64,000 nt of DNA from a candidate division WOR-3 bacterium (GTDB taxonomy: Bacteria > Hydrothermota > Hydrothermia > B15-G9 > WFZT01), in assembly GCA_027053075.1 (NCBI GenBank), contig JALUEE010000078.1, positions 1 through 64,000 of the forward strand, read 5' to 3'. The notes under the pieces are model-generated. The model was not told the DNA's origin, made no database searches, and saw only the letters and a program-made list of their open reading frames with translations. Below, piece after piece: positions 57,060 through 64,000 of this stretch. Numbering within the stretch: position 1 is the stretch's first letter; every line of letters begins with the position of its first letter. Both the position numbers and the translations under genes were made by a program.

Positions 57060-57455
57060 TTACCAATGCCCTGGGCCCCTCCAGAATCCTGCGCATCTAC
57101 GTGGACCGTATGCCCACCTCAATGCATATACCCTTTTAGCCGTCAGGTTTCGGACAAAACTTACAAGTATCCCTGAACTGGCATACTGGAATGAGATTCC
57201 CTGGAGTTCAACCCTATCTCCTATACCAATCTGTATGCCGAATGACCATGTGGGTGGTATCCATGCGTAAACTATTCTTCCCGGAGCAGTTCTTACTCCA
57301 ATTCGCATGTATTTGCAGCAGGCCCATGAATTGGGTGCGACATACTCGATCTTTTCTACCACACCTGTTACCTTCATTTGTGTTGTGTCCTGTGCCATCA
57401 AAGCTCCAGAGAACAGCCCAAGACCTATTATGGCGGAGAATATTGCCCTCCTCAT
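57060..57455 (-). CDS. Exported OB-fold protein, distant paralog of 54975..55358
   Basis: Start moved to MRRAIF (AAGGAGG SD); VTGVVEKI...PP.W...IGDRVELQG...YALR. Confidence 0.65.
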   Translation of the reverse strand: MRRAIFSAIIGLGLFSGALMAQDTTQMKVTGVVEKIEYVAPNSWACCKYMRIGVRTAPGRIVYAWIPPTWSFGIQIGIGDRVELQGISFQYASSGILVSFVRNLTAKRVYALRWAYGPRRCAGFWRGPGHW

Positions 57456-57506
57456 GGTCTCATCCTCCTTCATTTTTAAATATCAATTTTGTCACTCTAT
57501 CTAACG

Positions 57507-57521
57507 GCAATTTATCTGCCA
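57507..57521 (-). promoter_or_regulatory. Sigma54 (-24/-12) promoter
   Basis: TGGCAG-ATAAA-TTGC versus consensus TGGCAC-N5-TTGC, about 50 bp upstream of the 57455 start and next to a sigma54 activator gene. Confidence 0.85.
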
Positions 57522-57576
57522 CAAAATAAAATTTTAGGTTTGATGCGTTTTTCACAATGGACTCCTATGGAATCGC

Positions 57577-57636
57577 ATACAAAATTGTCGAATGATAGGA
57601 TACGCACAGGATAGAATTCGACAATTTTGTCGAATT
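57577..57636. promoter_or_regulatory. Tandem enhancer (UAS) palindromes for the sigma54 activator
   Basis: Perfect AATTCGACAA-TT-TTGTCGAATT (57615-57636) and imperfect ATACAAAATTGTCGAAT 42 bp away. Confidence 0.75.
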
Positions 57637-57718
57637 GAAGGAAATTAAACTCCCTGGCTGGATTTTACCACGTTAGATATGTTAGAAAATTAAGGGATTG
57701 AGAACGGAAGCTATATGA

Positions 57719-59083
57719 TCAGCTATGTTTTTCCTTTATTCCAAGTTTTTCCATCCTGTATCTAAGTACCCTTTCTGAGATCCCAAGTTCCTTCGCAGCT
57801 CTTGTCTTCACCCAGTTATTCTTCTTTAGTGCCTCGAGGATTAGACTTTTTTCAATAAGCTCGAGTCTCTCTGGCAAGGATAAATTTTTATTGCTTTCAA
57901 CCTGAAATTCGCTCGATAGAAGATGAACAGGCAAGTCATCAGTTGTGATAAGGTCACCTTGGGCCATCACAACGGCCCTTTCAACGATATTTTCCAGTTC
58001 TCTTACATTGCCAAGATAATCGTATCTTATTAATGCCTCATAAGCCTCTCTTGTAAAACCGTGGATTTTCTTTCCCTCTTTTTGACTGAATTTTTTGAGA
58101 AAGTGAGCGAGGAGATACGGAATATCCTCTCTCCGCTCCCTCAGAGGTTTGATGTGAATATGGATGACATTCAGTCTGTAGTAGAGGTCTTCTCTAAAAT
58201 TTCCCTTCCTGACTTCTTCTTCGAGATTCTTATTTGTAGCTGCAATGACTCTGATATCCACTTTGACAGGTTTGGACGAACCAACCGGGAAAAATTCACC
58301 TTCTTGCAAAGCCCTCAGTAGTTTGGGCTGAAGATTTAGAGGGAGTTCACCAATTTCATCGAGGAAGATAGTGCCACCATCTGCCATCTGAAAATACCCC
58401 TTTCTGTCTTTAACTGCATCAGTGAATGCTCCTTTTACATGTCCAAAGAGTTCAGATTCGATCAAAGTCTCCGGAATGGCTGCAACATTCACTGGTATGA
58501 AAGGTTTGTCTTTTCGAGGGGAATAACGGTGGATAAATCTCGCTATAAGCTCTTTCCCGGTCCCTGTCTCTCCTGTAATTAATACAGAGGCACGGGATTT
58601 TGCAACTTTGAGAGCAGTGGCAAGAACCCTCTTCATCTCGTATGATTCAGCTACGATACCCTCCACATCAGGATAGAAAAGTTCTTTTTCTTCTTTGAGT
58701 AGCTCGATTTCTTTCACGAGATTTAGATGTTTTATTGCACGGGAAATGACAATGAGCAATTCATCAAGATTTATCGGTTTTACCAGATAGTGGAATGCTC
58801 CAGACTTCATTGCTTCGATAACGAGATCGACATCAGAGTAAGCAGTGGTCATTATAACCGGGATTTGTGGATTAATCTCCCTGATTTTCTTTAACAAATC
58901 GATACCCGACGTGTCTGGCAATTTGATATCGAGAAGGATAGCATCAAAAATTCTGGACTCGAATTTTTTTAACGCTTCTCCACCAGACTCCGCTCCTTCG
59001 GTTTCGTAACCTTTACTTTCGAGAAATTCCTGGAGAATCTCTCTTTGATTTTTTTCGTCCTCTACTATCAATATTGTTGACAT
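57719..59083 (-). CDS. Sigma54-dependent response regulator (NtrC/ZraR/AtoC family)
   Basis: Receiver domain, GETGTGKE, ESELFGH.KGAFTDA, FREDLYYRLNV, GNVRELEN, Fis-type HTH. Confidence 0.96.
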   Translation of the reverse strand: MSTILIVEDEKNQREILQEFLESKGYETEGAESGGEALKKFESRIFDAILLDIKLPDTSGIDLLKKIREINPQIPVIMTTAYSDVDLVIEAMKSGAFHYLVKPINLDELLIVISRAIKHLNLVKEIELLKEEKELFYPDVEGIVAESYEMKRVLATALKVAKSRASVLITGETGTGKELIARFIHRYSPRKDKPFIPVNVAAIPETLIESELFGHVKGAFTDAVKDRKGYFQMADGGTIFLDEIGELPLNLQPKLLRALQEGEFFPVGSSKPVKVDIRVIAATNKNLEEEVRKGNFREDLYYRLNVIHIHIKPLRERREDIPYLLAHFLKKFSQKEGKKIHGFTREAYEALIRYDYLGNVRELENIVERAVVMAQGDLITTDDLPVHLLSSEFQVESNKNLSLPERLELIEKSLILEALKKNNWVKTRAAKELGISERVLRYRMEKLGIKEKHS

Positions 59084-59161
59084 CTCAACACCCCTTTGGG
59101 CATTATGAATATAAAAGATGGCAGAAGTTTTACAAGTATCTTCATAAACTATGAATCAAAC

Positions 59162-60052
59162 TTAAAAGATTTTCTTCACAAAACTCAGGGTCTCATATTT
59201 TTTTGCCCCCATACGCCGTTTAAATTCCTCCACTCCGGGCAATCCCAGGCTCGAGCCCAGGTTGTAAATGTGGATATCCAGCTTTTCTACAACAGTTTTA
59301 TGCAGGAGATTGTTGGGCCTCAGGTCTAAAAACTCCTTTTTTGCCACTCCATAGTGGTAAAAGGCATATTTCTTCCCCAATACCACGAAGATATGCGCTA
59401 CAGGCTGATCCCGGTAAACAGCCGAAAAAAGCCGGGCAACTCCACTTTTTATCTGCTCTTCAAAAAATACCCTCTTACCTTCCACCCGCTTATCAAGCCA
59501 ACCCTCCCGGGAAAATAACTCTTCAAGAAATTCATTCAAGTTACTATTTATCTTCACTCTCACACCTTCCCGCTCAGCCTTTCTTGCCCCGCGTAAGAAA
59601 GATTCTGTGAAAGCGTCCCCCTCTTTTAAATTCAGGATATGCGTGAATCCCCTAAATTCTTTCATCCCCGAGAACACCACCGGGGCTATCTGATTAAAGG
59701 GCTCCAGATTAACCACAAAACGCACAAGCCCTTTCGAAATTCTACTTATAAACTCCCTGATACACTCAAAATCATGCTCACCCTCCACTAAAACCGGGCC
59801 TCCGTAAGTTCCAAGCGGCCCGCTGTAGATTGCCCGGAGGAGGTAGGTTTTTGATAGAAGAAACGGGAAAAGATACGTAGAATCACGGCATCTTATTTCA
59901 TAGGCACCGTGCTCGTAATTCTTTCTCAAACTTTTATAGATTTTAAGCCATTGAGGTGAGTAAAAAGGTGGGTAAACCTCGAGCCTGTTCAGAAGTTCAA
60001 CCCACCTTTCCTCACCTATACGCTCATAATTCAATTGTTTATGCTCATACAT
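59162..60052 (-). CDS. GNAT/FemAB-like acyltransferase
   Basis: GTYGGP, RKAEREGV, RPNNLLH, YNLGSS...GVEEFKRRMGA. Confidence 0.8.
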   Translation of the reverse strand: MYEHKQLNYERIGEERWVELLNRLEVYPPFYSPQWLKIYKSLRKNYEHGAYEIRCRDSTYLFPFLLSKTYLLRAIYSGPLGTYGGPVLVEGEHDFECIREFISRISKGLVRFVVNLEPFNQIAPVVFSGMKEFRGFTHILNLKEGDAFTESFLRGARKAEREGVRVKINSNLNEFLEELFSREGWLDKRVEGKRVFFEEQIKSGVARLFSAVYRDQPVAHIFVVLGKKYAFYHYGVAKKEFLDLRPNNLLHKTVVEKLDIHIYNLGSSLGLPGVEEFKRRMGAKKYETLSFVKKIF

Positions 60053-60079
60053 TAATCAGAATGACACTCCAAACCACTC

Positions 60080-60307
60080 GCCCGCACAAAGTGCGTAAGG
60101 GAAGGAAAAGGTATTGGCTTTAACGTGTTCGAAAATTCTGGGATTTTTCTCCTTTTCTCTTCACTTTTCCCATTCCACCCCATCCCTCCCTTCCCAAAGG
60201 GAAGGGAGGGTGAAAAAATTTGAATTTCTGGATTTTTTGTAGAGACACCTATCCACTGCGCATTTCGTAAGTGAAGATAAAGTGTAGTGACATTTTTGAA
60301 CACGCCT
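60080..60307. repeat. Repeat-derived interval: hairpin remnant plus TIR-bounded REP-like hairpin
   Basis: CGCAC-AAA-GTGCG at ~60083; TAACGTGTTCGAAAA (60121) / AGGCGTGTTCAAAAA (60307); 60169-60210 nearly identical to 6611-6650. Confidence 0.7.
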
Positions 60308-60341
60308 GGAAATCCTTTGAGTGTATTCACAAACATTTCCA

Positions 60342-61487
60342 TTACTTATTTCTTAAAAAGGCACGGGCGATGGTTAGCCTGTGGGCCTCGGATGTCCCTT
60401 CATAAATTTCTGTAATCTTGGCATCTCTGTAATGTCTTTCCACATCAAAGTCCTCGGTATATCCATAACCACCGTGAACCTGAATGGCTTCACGAGTTAC
60501 CTTCATTGCTACATCTGATGCAAATAGCTTTGCATAAGCAGAGGCGACAACATAATTCTCGCCTCTGTCCTTTAGAAATGCAGCCTTTAGATAGAGCAGC
60601 CTCGCAGCCTCAATAAGCATTGCCATATCCGCAATTTTCCACTGAATAGCCTGGAATTCGGCTATAGGTTTTCCAAACTGCTTTCTTTCCTTGGCATAGG
60701 CTACTGATTCTTCAAAGGCTGCCCTCGCAATCCCTGTGGCCTGTGCAGCAATCCCGATTCTTCCACCATCGTAGGCATCAAGGGCTATATAAAAACCTTT
60801 ACCACGCTCACCAAGCATATTTTCATCTGGAACCCTCATATCCTCAAAAATGAGCTCGGCAGTGGATGAAGCCCTGATTCCAAGCTTATGCTCTATCTTT
60901 CCAATAGAAAAGCCAGGGGTATCCCTTTCCACAATAAATGCCGAAAGTCCCTTGTGCCCGAGCTCCGGATCAGTTTTGGCAAAAATCAGATAAATACCTG
61001 CCTCTCGACCATTTGTAATGAAAATCTTCCGACCATTTATCACCCATTCGTTGCCATCCTTTACAGCACGGGTTTTGATGCCCGCAATGTCTGTCCCTGC
61101 CTCTGGCTCGGTCATTCCGTGGGCTCCGATGGCCTTCCCTGAGGCAAGAAGTGGGAGATACTTTTTCTTCTGTTCCTCTGTGCCGTATTTCATGATGGGA
61201 TCAACAACGAGGGAAGTGTGAGCAGACATAATTACACCTGTTCCAGCGCATGCCCTTGAGATTTCCTCAACCATCAAGGCATAGCTCACAACGTCCATTC
61301 CAGCACCACCATATACTTCGGGGACATAGACCCCAAACATACCGAGTTTTGCCATCTTTTTCACGATTTCAGCGGGGAATTTTGCCTCTCTGTCCAGCTC
61401 ACGGGCCACGGGCTTTATTTCCTTTTCTGCAAATTCCCGTGCCATATCCCTTGCCATTTTTTGTTCTTCAGTTAGCTCAAAATTCAT
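60342..61487 (-). CDS. Acyl-CoA dehydrogenase (short-chain/butyryl-CoA type)
   Basis: MNFELTEEQ, TEPEAGTD, KLGIRAS.T, GGRIGIAAQ, RDAKITEIYEGTSE. Confidence 0.95.
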   Translation of the reverse strand: MNFELTEEQKMARDMAREFAEKEIKPVARELDREAKFPAEIVKKMAKLGMFGVYVPEVYGGAGMDVVSYALMVEEISRACAGTGVIMSAHTSLVVDPIMKYGTEEQKKKYLPLLASGKAIGAHGMTEPEAGTDIAGIKTRAVKDGNEWVINGRKIFITNGREAGIYLIFAKTDPELGHKGLSAFIVERDTPGFSIGKIEHKLGIRASSTAELIFEDMRVPDENMLGERGKGFYIALDAYDGGRIGIAAQATGIARAAFEESVAYAKERKQFGKPIAEFQAIQWKIADMAMLIEAARLLYLKAAFLKDRGENYVVASAYAKLFASDVAMKVTREAIQVHGGYGYTEDFDVERHYRDAKITEIYEGTSEAHRLTIARAFLRNK

Positions 61488-61490
61488 AAC

Positions 61491-62108
61491 TCACCTCCTA
61501 AAATTCGTCTTTTCCGGTGCATCAAAAAGCAATCTATTTAAAAAATAATGCCCAAATCTACTCCCTCTCCTCACATCATAAATGACAAAAACTGTCCTTC
61601 TGAAGATAAGGAATAAAGAAACAAAAAGCAAAGCACGAAAATATTGCGGAGCAAAAAATGGGGCAATAAATGGCATGGAGAGGATGGCAAAAAAATTACT
61701 CAAACCCGCCTCCCTTAAAGCCAATCCGGCAATGGAAATTGCGACAAAAATACCAAAAATTACAGGGCTTATAAAAAGTAGCACTCCCAGTGTTGTGGCT
61801 ATACCTCGTCCTCCCTTAAATCCAATAAAAATCGAATAGCAATGTCCGACAATGGGACTGAGAAGTGCTATGTCCTGAATGATACCGGGTGTAGTCAACT
61901 TTAATACAAGAACTGCAGCCACCAATCCTTTTGCAAAATCAAGTAATCCGGCGACAATTCCTGTGACTTTACCTGCATTCCTAATGGCATTTGAGCCCCC
62001 AACGTTGCCCGTCCCAACTTTTCTAATATCTATCCCCCTGGTAACCCGGGGCAGGATGAAGGAGAACGGAATACTACCGATCAAATAACCTGCAATAATA
62101 GCCAGCAC
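61491..62108 (-). CDS. plsY: Glycerol-3-phosphate acyltransferase
   Basis: YLIGSIPF, DIR..GTGNVG..N, D..KG, GH...F..FKGGRGIAT. Confidence 0.92.
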   Translation of the reverse strand: MLAIIAGYLIGSIPFSFILPRVTRGIDIRKVGTGNVGGSNAIRNAGKVTGIVAGLLDFAKGLVAAVLVLKLTTPGIIQDIALLSPIVGHCYSIFIGFKGGRGIATTLGVLLFISPVIFGIFVAISIAGLALREAGLSNFFAILSMPFIAPFFAPQYFRALLFVSLFLIFRRTVFVIYDVRRGSRFGHYFLNRLLFDAPEKTNFRR

Positions 62109-62162
62109 GCATGAAGTATAACACTAGAAGCCCAAAATTTTCAAAGTTTTGGAGATTTTTCA

Positions 62163-62195
62163 GGCGGGCCCACGCACGAAGTGCGTGGGCCCGCC
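62163..62195. repeat. 15-bp perfect palindrome sharing the CACGCAC-RAA-GTGCGTG core of the MITE hairpin
   Basis: GGCGGGCCCACGCAC-GAA-GTGCGTGGGCCCGCC between divergent genes. Confidence 0.75.
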
Positions 62196-62342
62196 GAAGC
62201 AATTCCAATAACCTTAAAAAAAAGACATACTGGATGGGACCAGGGCTTCTGGCAAATTGAAAGAGCAATAAATATGGGGTCATTAATCTTCCACGAAGAT
62301 TTTTTGTGGTCAACTCAAGGCAAATGCATTAAAATGATTGAT

Positions 62343-62795
62343 ATGAGAAAATTTCTAATTGGTGGCATAGTAATTCTGCTTCTTACTTCCTGCACGGCAG
62401 TGAGACAGGTCGTGGCTATTAAAGACCTGAAGATTAAGTTTCAAAACGTGGAGCTGGCACGCATAACCTTAGAAGGGGTGGACCTGAACCTCAACTTTAA
62501 AGCCTACAATCCAAATAGAGTGAACGCAGTACTCTCTGGATTTGCCGTTGATATATTTGCCAACAATATGAAAGTAGGAAAAGCGACCCTCAATAAAACC
62601 CTGAAAGTCCCTGCCGGTGGTAACGCAACCTTCACCATTCCCCTTCATCTGAGCTGGAGGGAGCTTTCTAATTCTCTCTCAAATGCAATAAGGAAAAAAT
62701 CCGTTACCTTTCGCGCCACAGGTTATGCTTTGATAAATACCCCACTTGGCAAACTCCGTTTTAAAGTCGCTGATTACACAAGAGAGATCAGGTAG
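62343..62795 (+). CDS. LEA_2 / WHy-domain lipoprotein
   Basis: Start moved to MRKFLIG; lipobox LTSC; YNPN...VPAGG. Confidence 0.85.
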   Translation: MRKFLIGGIVILLLTSCTAVRQVVAIKDLKIKFQNVELARITLEGVDLNLNFKAYNPNRVNAVLSGFAVDIFANNMKVGKATLNKTLKVPAGGNATFTIPLHLSWRELSNSLSNAIRKKSVTFRATGYALINTPLGKLRFKVADYTREIR

Positions 62796-62797
62796 GC

Positions 62798-64000
62798 TCA
62801 ATCTCCGTGCAGGTGGTAGTAAATCTTTTGGGCAAGTTTGGGGCCAATACCCTCCACCCTCTGGATTTCCTCAACTGAAGCAGACATCAGTCTCGATAGA
62901 CTGCCAAAATAGGAAATCAGTGCCTGCTTGCGCTTTTCACCTATGTCTGGAATTGTATCCAGAAAAGAAACAAACCCCTCTTTTGTCCTCAAATCCCTGT
63001 GGAAGGTTATGGCAAATCTGTGGGCCTCGTTCCTCAACCGTTGGATAAGCTTAAGTGCTTCAGAGCGTCTTGGAAGCATTAGAACCTTCCCATCCTGGGT
63101 GTAAAGCTCATCAAATCTCTTTGCTATTGCAAGAAAATAAACATCCTGTACACCAAGTTCCCTTGCCGCAGCAAGAGCCTGGTTGAGCTGCCCCACTCCC
63201 CCATCAATGACAAAAATATCTGGCAATCTCTTGCCCTCCTTTGTGAGTCTGCGAAGTCTCCTCTTTACCACCTCGTGAATCATACTAAAATCATCAATTC
63301 CCTGAACAGTCTTAATCCTGTACTTCCTGTAATCAGACTTTTTGGGATACCCCTTTTCAAAAACAACTATACTGCCTACCGGGTTGTTACCAAAGGTGTG
63401 TGAAATATCCACAGCCTCGATTCTCTCAGGCACACGATCAAGCTTTAAAAGGTCCTTCAATTCAAAAAGTGAGGGATGAATTGCCCTGTCCTCTATTTTT
63501 AGCTTTTGGATCTCAATCTCAAGCTCCTTTTGCGCGTTTTCCATGGCCAGCTTGAGAAGGGAATTCTCATCTGAAACAGGCTTCCTGATCTTAATTTTCT
63601 TCTCGGTCTTTTTCTCAAGATAGGCCCTCAAGTAATCAACACTTGGGGGCAATTCCGGGACAATGATCAAATTTGTCCACAAAGTGGCAGTTGAATAGTA
63701 CTGCCAGAGGAATTTTTCAAACGCTTCTATTTCAGAGATTCCCGGTTCTGTATCAACAAAGAACGTCTCCTTATAGACGAGCTTGCCGGTTTTGACATTC
63801 AAAACCACAAAAACCCCAAAATTGCGGGAGAGTGCGTATCCCCAGACCTCAAGGTCTTTGCCATTGGGTGAAACAACACTCTGAGGAGATAAAAGCTCCC
63901 TCAATGCAAGAAGATTATCTCGAATTTTAGCCGCGCGCTCAAACTCAAGATTCTCCGCGGCTTCCTTCATCTCCTCCTCGAGTATCTTCTCAACCCTTGT
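62798..64000 (-). CDS. uvrC: Excinuclease ABC subunit C, 5' end outside the window
   Basis: UVR domain LEFERAAKIRD, RIEAVDISH, DDF, PD...IDGG.GQ, RNEAHRFA, HhH GIG. Confidence 0.97.
   Translation of the reverse strand, partial: TRVEKILEEEMKEAAENLEFERAAKIRDNLLALRELLSPQSVVSPNGKDLEVWGYALSRNFGVFVVLNVKTGKLVYKETFFVDTEPGISEIEAFEKFLWQYYSTATLWTNLIIVPELPPSVDYLRAYLEKKTEKKIKIRKPVSDENSLLKLAMENAQKELEIEIQKLKIEDRAIHPSLFELKDLLKLDRVPERIEAVDISHTFGNNPVGSIVVFEKGYPKKSDYRKYRIKTVQGIDDFSMIHEVVKRRLRRLTKEGKRLPDIFVIDGGVGQLNQALAAARELGVQDVYFLAIAKRFDELYTQDGKVLMLPRRSEALKLIQRLRNEAHRFAITFHRDLRTKEGFVSFLDTIPDIGEKRKQALISYFGSLSRLMSASVEEIQRVEGIGPKLAQKIYYHLHGD

Noticed and set aside
62181..62342. N-terminal extensions in the ORF track, here and at 14104, 45086, 46823, 49841 and 56269
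   Set aside because: They run through promoters, repeats or neighbouring genes; downstream starts fit signal peptides, SD sites or family N-termini better
1..64000. tRNA, rRNA, riboswitch, transposase, integrase or defence genes
   Set aside because: None recognised by eye; a covariance-model and HMM scan is needed to exclude divergent ones

Overview
A 64-kb bacterial chromosomal segment, with most genes on the minus strand. Six proteins carry T9SS-like C-terminal sorting domains, most preceded by GV(E/Q/G)E-type linkers, and a PorV-like gene and TamB are present. This points to an FCB-superphylum organism, probably candidate phylum WOR-3 (inference only). Housekeeping genes: priA, nnr-like, glmM/PMM, manC, dprA, ppx, aroQ, aroK-aroB, purB, sppA, GH57, galT, two acyl-CoA dehydrogenases, plsY and partial uvrC. 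Main accessory features: (1) a ~14.5-kb ExbB-ExbD-ExbD-TonB-TonB-dependent receptor-T9SS cargo-PorV-like locus with no SusD and a metalloprotease-like domain lacking its zinc ligands; (2) a family of non-autonomous MITE-like elements with 15-bp terminal inverted repeats, 9-bp target duplications (three clear cases) and GC-rich hairpin cargo, one copy inserted in frame in aroB; (3) about 14 long hairpins, almost all closed by C-(G/A)NA-G triloops; (4) many apparently leaderless genes; (5) a sigma54 two-component locus with a visible -24/-12 promoter and enhancer palindromes; (6) a TPR-BTAD regulator divergent from an uncalled small ORF, a lipoprotein and a beta-barrel; (7) strong enrichment of the D-(S/T)-x O-glycosylation sequon in exported proteins. 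No rRNA, tRNA, CRISPR array or transposase was recognised.
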